Positions 9,350 through 19,843 are shown, numbered from the stretch's first letter. The stretch is 64,000 nucleotides of DNA from Peptococcaceae bacterium BICA1-8 (GCA_000802045.1 JUEF01000135.1:8287-72286), one strand, 5' to 3'. Numbers and translations: made by a program. The notes: generated by a model not told the origin, from the letters alone.

Positions 9350-10272
9350 TGGATAAATTAACCTTTATAGTTGAAGAAGATGAACAAGAACAGCGCTTAG
9401 ATGTCTTTATCTCTGAAAATTTGGAGGCAATATCCCGTTCCTATATCCAAAAATTAATTAGTGAAGAATTAATAAAGGTTAATGGAAAAAAAGTAAAATC
9501 TAATTACCGTTTAAAAGAAGAAGATTTAATAGAAGCAGTTATACCCGATCCTCAGCCTTTGGTTATTGAGGCTGAGAATATTCCGTTAGAAATAGTTTAT
9601 GAAGATAGTGATTTACTAGTAGTAAATAAACCAATTAATATGGTAGTTCATCCTGCGGCAGGTAATTATTCTGGTACTTTAGTCAATGCTTTACTTTACC
9701 ATTGTCAAGACCTATCAGGTATCAACGGAAAACTGCGGCCAGGAATTGTCCATCGAATTGATAAAGATACTTCCGGTTTGTTAATGGTTGCAAAAAATGA
9801 TATTAGTCATCAACAGTTAGCAAGGCAATTAAAGGAGCATACTGTTGATCGTGCATATTTGGCATTAGTTCATGGGAATGTTTCGGAACCTGGTGGAATT
9901 ATTGATGCTCCTGTGGGTCGACATCCTACCGATCGAAAAAAAATGGCAGTTACTCTAAAGAATTCCAAGAATGCCATTACTAAATATATGATTAAAGAGC
10001 GTTTCCTTGACTATTCCTTTGTGGAATGCAGATTAGAAACCGGTAGAACCCATCAAATTAGAGTACATATGGCTTATATTAGTCATCCCTTAGTAGGCGA
10101 TTTACTGTATGGATATAATAAAAGGAATAGCCTGGGCTTTGATGGTCAGGCTTTACATGCTTATCTTATTGGCTTTGAACACCCTCGTACTAAAGAAAGA
10201 ATGCAATTTCAAATTGATTTGCCAGATAATTATCAAGAAATTCTAAATAAATTACGTAAGGAGGATTTTTAA
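9349..10272 (+). CDS. rluD: RluA-family 23S rRNA pseudouridine synthase D
   Basis: S4 domain plus the HRIDKDTSGLL catalytic motif. lspA-rluD-pyrR synteny. Confidence 0.9.
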   Translation: MDKLTFIVEEDEQEQRLDVFISENLEAISRSYIQKLISEELIKVNGKKVKSNYRLKEEDLIEAVIPDPQPLVIEAENIPLEIVYEDSDLLVVNKPINMVVHPAAGNYSGTLVNALLYHCQDLSGINGKLRPGIVHRIDKDTSGLLMVAKNDISHQQLARQLKEHTVDRAYLALVHGNVSEPGGIIDAPVGRHPTDRKKMAVTLKNSKNAITKYMIKERFLDYSFVECRLETGRTHQIRVHMAYISHPLVGDLLYGYNKRNSLGFDGQALHAYLIGFEHPRTKERMQFQIDLPDNYQEILNKLRKEDF

Positions 10273-10818
<546 letters not shown>

Positions 10819-10921
10819 TTTTCTAAACATTTTTTTGTTGAATGCCCGAAAGAAGGAATATGAGGAAATAATGGCGAAATAAAGGTAATAAAAAATTCTT
10901 ATAGTTTGGGGGCATTTGATA

Positions 10922-11833
10922 TTGGTTAATGATAGCATTAGGGTCTTTCTGGCGGTAGCAGACAAAAGGAACTTTTCTAAGGCTGCTAAATCCTTGTTTT
11001 TGACCCAACCTGCAGTAAGCTTTCAGATTCAGATGCTAGAACAATATTATGGCACAGTCTTATTTGACAGAGTCAATCGCAATATTACATTAACATCTGC
11101 TGGTGAACTCCTATTGAGTTATGCGCAGGAATTAAGTACTCTTCAAGCAAATCTTGAAAGAGAAATGCAGGAGCTTACCGGTACAATTAAGGGTAGGTTG
11201 ATGCTGGGCGCTAGCACAACCATAGGTGAATATGTTTTGCCCTACCTGGTAGGAGGATTTAAAAAGCAATTTCCCGAAGTTGACGTAAGCTTAGTGGTAG
11301 CTAATACTGAGGATATTGAAACAAGTATTCTCAATACTACTTTAGATGTAGCATTAGTAGAGGGTCCTGTGAGTGGTAAAGATCTGAATACGGAGAAGTT
11401 TCTTGATGATGAATTAGTATTAATTACTCCGATGGATCACCCTTGGGTAAATAATAAAAGAATCTCTGTTTTTGAGTTAAGCCAATATCCTTTTATCACT
11501 AGAGAGAAAGGTTCAGGAACAAGGCATATTATGGAGAATGCTTTTAAAAAGGTGGGTTTTAACCCAAATAATCTGAACATTATAATGGAATTAGGTAGTA
11601 CTACTGCTATTAAAGCAGCAGTATCTAGCGGATTAGGTGTTTCAATCATTTCTGAATGGGCCGCTAAGGATTTGGTAAAACAAAACAAGTTGGCGACTAT
11701 AGCTATACATGAAACAAAGTTTGAACGCCAATTTACTGTTATTTATCATGAGAAAAAATTTAGAACAAAGGCTGCATATGAATTTCTAAACTTTTTGCGT
11801 AGTGAAGAGGTCCATGATATGCTAAAACAATAA
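10922..11833 (+). CDS. LysR-family transcriptional regulator (paralog 1, YeiE-like context)
   Basis: HTH region FSKAAKSLFLTQPAVSFQIQMLE. Start set by alignment to paralog 2 and a GGGGG RBS; the ORF track starts at 10916. Confidence 0.85.
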   Translation: MVNDSIRVFLAVADKRNFSKAAKSLFLTQPAVSFQIQMLEQYYGTVLFDRVNRNITLTSAGELLLSYAQELSTLQANLEREMQELTGTIKGRLMLGASTTIGEYVLPYLVGGFKKQFPEVDVSLVVANTEDIETSILNTTLDVALVEGPVSGKDLNTEKFLDDELVLITPMDHPWVNNKRISVFELSQYPFITREKGSGTRHIMENAFKKVGFNPNNLNIIMELGSTTAIKAAVSSGLGVSIISEWAAKDLVKQNKLATIAIHETKFERQFTVIYHEKKFRTKAAYEFLNFLRSEEVHDMLKQ

Positions 11834-11858
11834 TTTATTAATAAGGCAGGGAACGTTC

Positions 11859-12746
11859 GTGCTGATACGTAATAGTCTAAGTAAGGTTTTAAGGGAAAAA
11901 GAGATAACATTAGCACAACTAGCAGAGGAGAATAACATCCCCATAGCAACCTTAGAACAAATTTATTTAGGACACAAAGAGTTTACTCCTGAAATCTTAA
12001 ATAAAATAGCAGATTACTTAAATATTTCCCAAGAAGCTATATTATTTGACAGTAAAAAAAATATTTATGATAATATTGGTATCCAGCTCAGACAAATTAG
12101 GGAAGAAAAGAAGATGACCTTAATTCAATTGGGTAAAATATCCGGTGTTTCTTATACTCATATCAGTGAAATTGAGCGAGGGAAAACCTGCGCTTCCCTA
12201 AAAACTTTAGAAAAACTGGCCATAGTTTTAGAAATTCCTACAAGATATTTTTTTCAACTTGAGGAAAATTTTACCTTGGGTGATAAAGTAAGAAGGTTAA
12301 GGGAGAAGCAGAATCTTACCCAGGTTCAGCTAGCAGAAAAATTTGGTGTATCCCTAAGTCTAATAGGGCAAATTGAAACTGGTAGGGTTAAGCCTGCATT
12401 AGATACTTTACAAAGCATTGCCAATGTTTTTGGAGTGAATATTTGTTATTTTCTTATGACAGAAACTGAGGAAATGTCTTTGAGACAGGCGAACTCTGGC
12501 TGTGCAACTTCCTATGATAAACTTATAGAATTAACTCAAGGAATTCAGCCCCAAGGTTTTGCTTTAATAATTGATTTAATAAATGTATTAAAAACCCACA
12601 ATCGTTTTAATATCAATGATGAAATTATAAATAACCAGACTAAAGAACTATTAGATATTATGGCTGATCTTTCTGAGGATGATAAAAATTATATTATTGA
12701 AAACGCCCGTTGGGTTTTAAAAAAAGCAAAATCAAATACGCAATAA
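11859..12746 (+). CDS. Protein with three tandem XRE-type HTH domains plus a ~90-aa C-terminal domain
   Basis: Three repeats of the XRE pattern: ..ITLAQLAEENNIPIATLEQIYLG.., ..MTLIQLGKISGVSYTHISEIERGK.., ..LTQVQLAEKFGVSLSLIGQIETGR... Confidence 0.8.
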   Translation: MLIRNSLSKVLREKEITLAQLAEENNIPIATLEQIYLGHKEFTPEILNKIADYLNISQEAILFDSKKNIYDNIGIQLRQIREEKKMTLIQLGKISGVSYTHISEIERGKTCASLKTLEKLAIVLEIPTRYFFQLEENFTLGDKVRRLREKQNLTQVQLAEKFGVSLSLIGQIETGRVKPALDTLQSIANVFGVNICYFLMTETEEMSLRQANSGCATSYDKLIELTQGIQPQGFALIIDLINVLKTHNRFNINDEIINNQTKELLDIMADLSEDDKNYIIENARWVLKKAKSNTQ

Positions 12747-12768
12747 ATCGCCCAAAAGGCGATTTTTC
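12745..12768 (+). terminator. Intrinsic terminator
   Basis: AAATCGCC-CAAAA-GGCGATTT followed by TT; begins on the last base (12745) of the final sense codon CAA (12743-12745), so the TAA stop codon (12746-12748) lies inside the 5' stem. Confidence 0.7.
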
Positions 12769-13073
12769 CTATTTAGTACCTTCTACACTAGTTATATTCT
12801 GATAAGTCTTGTTAAATAAATTTACATTAATGTGACCGAACTTTCTTTAGATAAAAAGAAGGGAATAATAAAATAATTGTTGAATGTTGTAAATTGGGGT
12901 GATAAGGGACAGTATAAACATACATTATTAAACAAATTTCTTTACTATATTTTTCTGCTAGAAGTTTCTAAAATGGTTTAGAAATAAATAGTAGGTATTC
13001 AACGAAAGAGTGTAAAATCTAATTAATAAATATAAAAAAACTATTAATTATTTATGAAAGGTGGAATACGACT

Positions 13074-13985
13074 TTGTTAAATGATAGTATTAGAGTATTT
13101 CTGACAGTTGTTGATAAAAAAAGTTTTTCTAAGGCTGCAAAAGCATTGTTTCTTACACAGCCAGCTATTAGTTTTCAAATTCAGATGCTTGAAGAATATT
13201 ATGGGACAAGACTTTTTGATAGGGTAAGTAGGAATATTTCTTTGACTCAGGCCGGGCATTTATTGCTTGGATATGCTAATCACATGACTAAATTGCAAAG
13301 TGAGCTAGAGAGAGAAATGCAAGAATTAACCGGAACTATCAAAGGACGGCTATTAATCGGTGCCAGTACAACTATTGGTGAATATATTGTTCCCTATCTT
13401 TTAGGTGCATTTAAGAAAAAATATCCTGAGGTAGAGCTCTCCTTAGAGGTTGGTAATTCAGAGGATATTGAAAATAAGATTCACGATACATCATTGGATA
13501 TAGGGCTTGTGGAAGGACCGGTAACCGTTAAGGATATTGAAAAGGAACTGTTTTTAAAAGACCAAATGGTTTTAGTAGTTTCCCATGACCACCCTTGGGC
13601 TCAACTGGATAAAATATCCGTATTTGAATTAGATAAATTCCCCTTTATTTCTAGAGAAAAGGGGTCAGGGACAAGAATTGAGACTGAGCAGCATTTGAAA
13701 AAGACGGGTTTTTCTGCAAATAATTTAAAAGTTATTATGGAATTGGGAAGTACTTCTGCGATAAAAGCAGCAGTGGAAAGCGGCTTAGGTATGTCTATTA
13801 TCTCTAAGTGGGCCGCAAAAGAAAAGGTTAAACTGGGGCAGCTTGCGCAGCTTAATTTCAAGGAGGATATTTTTGAGAGAGATTTTAATGTTATCCACCA
13901 TAAGAAAAAGTTCCGTACCCAGGCAGCTGATGAGTTTCTGCGTTTTATAAAAACAAGTGAGGCTTTAGATTTATTAGAAAGGTAG
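13074..13985 (+). CDS. LysR-family transcriptional regulator (paralog 2)
   Basis: Collinear with the 10922-11833 product along its whole length (same HTH and TGTIKGRL motif). TTG start after AAGGTGG. Confidence 0.85.
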   Translation: MLNDSIRVFLTVVDKKSFSKAAKALFLTQPAISFQIQMLEEYYGTRLFDRVSRNISLTQAGHLLLGYANHMTKLQSELEREMQELTGTIKGRLLIGASTTIGEYIVPYLLGAFKKKYPEVELSLEVGNSEDIENKIHDTSLDIGLVEGPVTVKDIEKELFLKDQMVLVVSHDHPWAQLDKISVFELDKFPFISREKGSGTRIETEQHLKKTGFSANNLKVIMELGSTSAIKAAVESGLGMSIISKWAAKEKVKLGQLAQLNFKEDIFERDFNVIHHKKKFRTQAADEFLRFIKTSEALDLLER

Positions 13986-14040
13986 GATATTCACAAAATT
14001 AGACCTACTGTATCTACAGAGTTAAATATTATTTTATATA

Positions 14041-14086
14041 AATAAAGAAGAAGCACATTAAATAGTGCTTCTTCTTCTTTATTTAT
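14041..14086. terminator. Bidirectional hairpin terminator between convergent genes
   Basis: AATAAAGAAGAAGCAC-ATTAAATA-GTGCTTCTTCTTCTTTATT, flanked by A/T runs on both sides. Confidence 0.75.
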
Positions 14087-14382
14087 TATTTCTTACTTTC
14101 CATCCAAGATATAAATTTAAAGCAGGCGTATCCCCAAAGGAAAAAAAGGCCGAAGAAGAGGAAGGGTTGCTTAGTTCCTAAAGTAATGCTCTTTTCTCCA
14201 AAAAATATTTCTTCCCATCCAGGGAGATCCGTATAATAATATTGACCAGGGCCAAAGTCCAGACCCTCAATCAGACCTATATTATTACGCATTATGTATA
14301 TTGCAACAATTAGTACTGAAGCTAGAACTAGGATACTTAGTATATTTAGCCTGCGGGTCGTAAGGAATTTCTGACTACCCAT
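14086..14382 (-). CDS. Small two-TM membrane protein, family A/B (paralog of 18098-18367)
   Basis: GAGGTG RBS. Shares GxGxYYY, GTKxP, FFxLFFxW and CxxFxxWME motifs with the other small ORF. Confidence 0.7.
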   Translation of the reverse strand: MGSQKFLTTRRLNILSILVLASVLIVAIYIMRNNIGLIEGLDFGPGQYYYTDLPGWEEIFFGEKSITLGTKQPFLFFGLFFLWGYACFKFISWMESKK

Positions 14383-14617
14383 AACAACACCTCAATATGA
14401 TATGATTTTATAACTTTATTATACTGCTAATTGATGAATTGAAAAGATAATTCCAAAAAAACATTATATTAAAAGCTGTCTTCCTTTTAAAGCTCGCCTC
14501 CTTCCAGTGGAGCTAAAACTATGGCAAAGGAATATGTTTTCCGCTTAATAATTAAATTATAAGCATAAAAGGAACTTATGCATATCCCTCTTTTGTACTA
14601 ATTGACGAAATTTGCTG

Positions 14618-14651
14618 AAAAAAAAGGGTCCATTCCGTAAAGAATGGACCC
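14618..14651 (-). terminator. Intrinsic terminator of YeiH paralog 1
   Basis: On the minus strand: GGGTCCATTC-loop-GAATGGACCC followed by T8. Confidence 0.85.
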
Positions 14652-14664
14652 TTTAAAGAAGCAA

Positions 14665-16002
14665 TTATACTGTTAATACTGGAATTGGGAATATAACGCC
14701 ACTGAGTAGTAACCAAGCAACTAATAAGGTTAATACTAGGTTAAAGCTTTGACCTACAATGTATAACCAAAGTGGCTTACCGCCTTGGACAAGCTCAGCC
14801 ATTTCTTTAAAGTTGGACTCAAGGCCGATACAGACAAATGCCATACAGAAGCACCAGCCCTTCCAGCCACCTGTTAGACCTAATAGAGTTTTTGTTTCTT
14901 TAGCACCAATTGCCGGCTCAACAATAAAGGAGAAGATTAAAGACGCACCAATAAAACCAAGGATAAATTTGGGGAAACGGTGCCAGATTTCATCTGCTCC
15001 CACAGAAGGTCCGTCAACATCTTTCTCAACTTTTGTTGCAAAAAATACAGCAATGGCAAAAGCAATAACACCAATTAATACGTTTTGAATCATTTTAACA
15101 AGAGCAGCAACCTGACCCCCTAGTGGCCCTAATGCTTCACCGGCTAATACAACAGCACCTGTTGCGTCAACTGTACCACCGATCCAAGCACCGCCAACCA
15201 TAGGATCCATACCAATAGCTTTAATAAAGATAGGCATACCAACCATCATTAAAACTGTAAAAATTAAGGATAAGCCAATTGCAAAGGTTAAATCGTCCTT
15301 TTTAGCTTTGGAAGCGGCTGCTGCAGCGATAGCGGCTGAAACACCACAAACAGAAGTAGCAGTAGCGATAACTATTACCATAGGCTTACTGGTCATTTTA
15401 AGTATTTTTGTACCATAATGCCACATGAAAATAATTACGATAGGAGTAACGAACCAAGCAATACCTAAACCATAGATACCAAATTTAACTACATTGGAGA
15501 AAAGAACCTCAGCACCCATTAAAACCAGACCGGTTTTAATGTAGTATTCAGTTTTTACAGCAGGCTTTAACCAATCGGGAGTTTTTACAGTATTACTTAC
15601 TAAAAGACCTACTGCTAATGCCCAGAAAGCATACTCTACATATTTTTTCATAGTTGCTTGAGCACCTAATATATAGGCAATTGTAGCTAAGAGGAATATT
15701 ACAGGGAAGGCAATTGCAAATTTAGGTACGTTTTCGCCCATAAATACTAATCCAATTGAAAAAAGAGCAGTTAATACAACCATTGTGATTAGTAAACTAG
15801 CAATATCAAAAGAACCTAAGAAACTTGGAACCTTTTCGGTTCCCCATGTTGCGATCTTGGATGCATTAAACTTAAAAGCTCCTGTGGATTTACTGATAGC
15901 AGCTATTATAATTACGATAAGTCCAAGCCAAATTGCCCACCAGTCTTCTTTCTTTATTAAATCCGACCATTTAAACTTACTAGCTGTTACGACATCTGAC
16001 AT
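14665..16002 (-). CDS. YeiH/UPF0324 family membrane transporter (putative sulfate-exporter family), paralog 1
   Basis: Polytopic, 445 aa. Start moved to MSDVV (16002) by alignment with the paralogs and a GGAGGTG RBS 8 nt upstream. Confidence 0.9.
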   Translation of the reverse strand: MSDVVTASKFKWSDLIKKEDWWAIWLGLIVIIIAAISKSTGAFKFNASKIATWGTEKVPSFLGSFDIASLLITMVVLTALFSIGLVFMGENVPKFAIAFPVIFLLATIAYILGAQATMKKYVEYAFWALAVGLLVSNTVKTPDWLKPAVKTEYYIKTGLVLMGAEVLFSNVVKFGIYGLGIAWFVTPIVIIFMWHYGTKILKMTSKPMVIVIATATSVCGVSAAIAAAAASKAKKDDLTFAIGLSLIFTVLMMVGMPIFIKAIGMDPMVGGAWIGGTVDATGAVVLAGEALGPLGGQVAALVKMIQNVLIGVIAFAIAVFFATKVEKDVDGPSVGADEIWHRFPKFILGFIGASLIFSFIVEPAIGAKETKTLLGLTGGWKGWCFCMAFVCIGLESNFKEMAELVQGGKPLWLYIVGQSFNLVLTLLVAWLLLSGVIFPIPVLTV

Positions 16003-16383
16003 ATAAAGCACCTCCAAAATTTAAAATATTTTATAGGGTATTTGAACAATTAATTTTTTTAATCCCTCCTTATAATTTAGATAAATAACGCCGCGGTACA
16101 GTCATTGAGCATATTGATGCTGTCATACACACAAATTTAGGGTGTGTTTTAATTATAAGTTATCAAAAAAAATCTTTATATCATTCTTTAATACCATCTT
16201 TATTAAATGCATTAGGAAAATTTATTAATTTAGGAAAAAGCATTTGTTGAACTAAAAAATTAAGATAATGCAGGTAGATGAAATTAGACTAAATCTCATA
16301 ATAATAAAATAAAGAGGCCAGATGGCCGCTTTAAAAGGAAATAATTATTCAATTATCATTTTTCGTAGTAGTAGCATTTTAGT

Positions 16384-16420
16384 GAAAAATGGCACCATTC
16401 CTGAAGGAATGGTGCCATTT
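16384..16420 (-). terminator. Intrinsic terminator of YeiH paralog 2
   Basis: On the minus strand: AAATGGCACCATTCC-TTCA-GGAATGGTGCCATTT followed by TT. The stem is related to the paralog 1 terminator, with compensatory changes. Confidence 0.8.
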
Positions 16421-16424
16421 GATA

Positions 16425-17768
16425 TTATACTGTTAATACTGGAATTGGGAAGATAACGCCGCTTAGTAATAACCAGGCTACTAATAAGGTTAATACTAAG
16501 TTAAAGCTTTGTCCCACGACATACAGCCAAAGTGGCTTACCACCTTGAACAAGCTCAGCCATGTCCTTGAAGTTAGACTCAAGACCAATTGATACGAAGG
16601 CCATGCAGAAGCACCATGCTTTCCAACTTCCAGATAAGGAAAGTATAGCTTTAGTATCCTTTGTACCTATTGAAGGCTCAACCAAGAAGGAGAATATTAT
16701 CGATCCTACAATAAAACCAAGAATAAATTTAGGGAAACGGTGCCAAATTTCATCGGCGCCCACAGAGGGTCCATCAACATCTTTTTCAACTTTTGTTGCA
16801 AAAAATACGGCAATGGCAAAAGCGATAACACCAATAAGAACGTTTTGAATCATTTTAACCAGAGCAGCAACTTGACCTGCTAATGGCCCTAAGGTTTCTC
16901 CGGCAAGTACAACTGCACCGGTAGCATCAATGGTTCCACCCATCCATGCTCCACCAAGCATCTCATTCATACCAATAGCTTTAATGAACATAGGCATGAA
17001 GACCATCATTAATACGGTGAAGATAAGGGTTAAACCGATGGCAAAGGTTAAGTCTTCTTTCTTTGCTTTAGAAGCAGCGGCAGCGGCAATAGCTGCAGAA
17101 ACCCCGCAAACCGAAGTAGCTGTCGCAATAACGATAACCATAGGTTTGCTGGTCATTTTCAAGATTTTGGTACCATAATACCACATAAAGACTATAACAA
17201 TTGGAGTAACAAACCAAGCAATACCTAGACCGTAGAAACCAAATTTAACAACATTGGAGAATAGTACTTCAGCACCCATCAGTACAAGACCTGTTTTAAT
17301 ATAGTATTCTGTTTTAACGGCCGGCTTTAGCCACTCGGGGGTTTTTACGGTATTACTTACCGCAAGTCCGACCACTAGTGCCCAGAAGGCGTACTCAATA
17401 TATTTTTTCATTGTGGCTTGAGCACCAAATACATAAGCAATTGTTGCTAAGATAAAAACAACAGGGAAGGCGATTAAGAAGCCTTTCACATCTTCTCCCA
17501 TAACTTTAAGACCGAGAGCAAATAATGCACCTAGTACAATTAGACTGAAAATTAATAAGCCTACTTGACCATTAAAAGCATCCATAATGCTAGGCGCCTT
17601 TTCATTTCCCCAAGTAGCTATTTTGGCGGCCTTAAAGGCGAAAGCACCTGTAAATTTACTTATTGCTGCTAAAGCTAATACAATGAATCCAAGCCAAATT
17701 GCCCACCAATCTTCTTTCTTTGTTAAATCAGACCATTTAAACTTACTAGCTGTTACGATATCTGACAT
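16425..17768 (-). CDS. YeiH/UPF0324 family membrane transporter, paralog 2
   Basis: 447 aa. Very similar to paralog 1, including an identical C-terminus LLSGVIFPIPVLTV. Confidence 0.9.
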   Translation of the reverse strand: MSDIVTASKFKWSDLTKKEDWWAIWLGFIVLALAAISKFTGAFAFKAAKIATWGNEKAPSIMDAFNGQVGLLIFSLIVLGALFALGLKVMGEDVKGFLIAFPVVFILATIAYVFGAQATMKKYIEYAFWALVVGLAVSNTVKTPEWLKPAVKTEYYIKTGLVLMGAEVLFSNVVKFGFYGLGIAWFVTPIVIVFMWYYGTKILKMTSKPMVIVIATATSVCGVSAAIAAAAASKAKKEDLTFAIGLTLIFTVLMMVFMPMFIKAIGMNEMLGGAWMGGTIDATGAVVLAGETLGPLAGQVAALVKMIQNVLIGVIAFAIAVFFATKVEKDVDGPSVGADEIWHRFPKFILGFIVGSIIFSFLVEPSIGTKDTKAILSLSGSWKAWCFCMAFVSIGLESNFKDMAELVQGGKPLWLYVVGQSFNLVLTLLVAWLLLSGVIFPIPVLTV

Positions 17769-18097
17769 TTAATACACCTCCATAAAATTTTAGATAAAGA
17801 CGGAAGAAAAACATAGTAAAAATTTTAGTCAGTCCTCACCACCCATATAAATGACTTATTTGATCGATAAATTATTACGATTATATTATATTAAAAATTG
17901 TTATACACTGATAATCCACCATTCTTACTATTTTTTGACAAAAAAGTAAGTCAGGTAATAAGGGGTTGCGCTATATATAAATTTAGTATAAAAACATAAA
18001 TAGGAAAATACTTGCGGCTACTTGTTTTATTCTTTTTTAGCAGGAAATTGGGTACTTTTAGTTGAAGTAAAGCATGAGGTGATATGAGGTGATAAAT

Positions 18098-18367
18098 ATG
18101 AAGCAGAGGCCAAAAATAAATAGTAAGTTAGGGAAAATGAGTTTATTGATAATTTTAATAATTATAGTAGTAATTGTTTATGCTATTGTAGTAGATCCTT
18201 GGAACATAAGTGAGGCGCCTTACGGCGCTGGGGATTATTATTATGATGAAGTAGAGGGTTATGATTTTAGCATAAGCATAGGTACTAAACATCCTATTAT
18301 ATTTTTCATTTTGTTTTTTGGCTGGGCTTTTGGCTGCTGGCATTTTTTAAAGTGGATGGAAAGATAA
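18098..18367 (+). CDS. Small two-TM membrane protein, family A/B (paralog of 14086-14382)
   Basis: ATG at 18098 lies 5 nt after GAGGTG. Shares motifs with the 14086-14382 product. Confidence 0.7.
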   Translation: MKQRPKINSKLGKMSLLIILIIIVVIVYAIVVDPWNISEAPYGAGDYYYDEVEGYDFSISIGTKHPIIFFILFFGWAFGCWHFLKWMER

Positions 18368-18463
18368 AGCTTGGGATTTTTGATAAAAAGGATCATAATT
18401 AAACTTCGTTATAAAAAAAATAGGTTAATGAGAGAAAAACAGTAATAATAATTGAGTGTAAAG

Positions 18464-18492
18464 AAAAAAAGCCGAGCTATTGCTCGGCTTTA
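18464..18492. terminator. Bidirectional terminator (small ORF on +, YeiH paralog 3 on -)
   Basis: A7-GCCGAGC-TATT-GCTCGGC-TTTAATT. Confidence 0.75.
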
Positions 18493-18499
18493 ATTAATT

Positions 18500-19843
18500 T
18501 TACATTGTTAAATTGGGTATTGGGAAGATAATTCCACTTAACAGCAACCAAGCCACTAAGAGAGTTAATACTAAGTTAAAGGTTTGACCAACAATGTATA
18601 ACATTAATGGCTTGCCGCCTTGTACAAGCTCAGCCATATCTTTAAAGTTAGATTCTAATCCTATACAGGTAAAGGCCAGACAGAAGCACCATCCTCTAAA
18701 GCCTTTAGCTAAGCCCGTAACGCCCTTTGTTCCAGCTGCACCCAAAACGGGTTCTACTATAAAGGAAAAAATGACTGAGGCTGCTATGAAACCAAGGATG
18801 AATTTTGGGAAGCGATGCCAGATTTCACTAGCTCCTACAGCAGGGCCGTCGACATCTTTGTCTACTTTAGTTGCAAAAAATACAGCTATGGCGAAGGCGA
18901 TAACGCCTATAAGTACGTTTTGAATCATTTTAACCATTGCAGCTACTTGACCAGCCAAAGGTCCCAATGCTTCTCCAGCAAGAACAACTGCACCGGTAGC
19001 ATCAATTGTTCCACCCATCCAGGCTCCACCTATCATTTCGTTCATGCCAATAGCTTTAATAATCATAGGCATGAAGATCATCATTATAACTGTAAAAATG
19101 AGGGTTAAACCAATGGCGAAAGTTAAATCTTCTTTTTTAGCTTTAGAAGCTGCAGCAGCGGCAATGGCTGCCGAAACACCACAAACAGAAGTCGCGGTAG
19201 CGATTACAATAATCATGGGTTTGCTAACCATTTTTAATACTCTAGTACCGTAATACCACATAAATATTACTACTATTGGAGTAACAAACCAGGCTATACC
19301 TAATCCGTAAATACCGAATTTTACAATGTTTGAAAAGAGAACTCCAGAACCCATTACAACCAAACCTGTTTTTATATAATACTCTGTCTTAACAGCTGGT
19401 TTTAGCCATTCAGGGGTCTTTATAGTATTGCTAACCAAAAGACCAATAGCCAGCGCCCAAAAAGCGTAGCCTAAATAGTTTTTTATGCCGGCATTAGCTG
19501 AAAAGAGATAGGCTAATGTTGAAAGAATGAATACTACCGGGAAACCAATGAGGAATTTCCCAACATCACCGCCCATTACTTTCAGACCGATAGCGAATAA
19601 AGCGCCTAGTATTATCATTGTTATTAATAATGATGGTAAAGTACCATTAAAGGAATCAAAAATACTAGGTGCTTTCTCTACACCCCAGGTATTAAGTTTA
19701 GCGGCTTTAAAGCTAAAAGTACCAGTAGTAGAACTAATAAATGAGAGAATAAGGATAATAAATCCAAGCCAAATTGCCCACCAATCTTCTTTATTGATAA
19801 GATCTTTCCATTCAAACTTACTAGTCGTTACGACATCAGACAT
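18500..19843 (-). CDS. YeiH/UPF0324 family membrane transporter, paralog 3 (most diverged)
   Basis: 447 aa, collinear with paralogs 1 and 2. AGGAGGTG RBS. Confidence 0.9.
   Translation of the reverse strand: MSDVVTTSKFEWKDLINKEDWWAIWLGFIILILSFISSTTGTFSFKAAKLNTWGVEKAPSIFDSFNGTLPSLLITMIILGALFAIGLKVMGGDVGKFLIGFPVVFILSTLAYLFSANAGIKNYLGYAFWALAIGLLVSNTIKTPEWLKPAVKTEYYIKTGLVVMGSGVLFSNIVKFGIYGLGIAWFVTPIVVIFMWYYGTRVLKMVSKPMIIVIATATSVCGVSAAIAAAAASKAKKEDLTFAIGLTLIFTVIMMIFMPMIIKAIGMNEMIGGAWMGGTIDATGAVVLAGEALGPLAGQVAAMVKMIQNVLIGVIAFAIAVFFATKVDKDVDGPAVGASEIWHRFPKFILGFIAASVIFSFIVEPVLGAAGTKGVTGLAKGFRGWCFCLAFTCIGLESNFKDMAELVQGGKPLMLYIVGQTFNLVLTLLVAWLLLSGIIFPIPNLTM

Noticed and set aside
12964-12985. Palindrome GTTTCTAAAATGGTTTAGAAAT about 100 nt upstream of LysR paralog 2, together with TTTAGAT(A/T)A / ATCTAAA words upstream of the three YeiH genes, as candidate LysR boxes.
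   Set aside because: They are not reported as features. The region is very AT-rich, the words sit at inconsistent distances and orientations relative to the starts, and I cannot compute enrichment. They would only be worth testing by EMSA.
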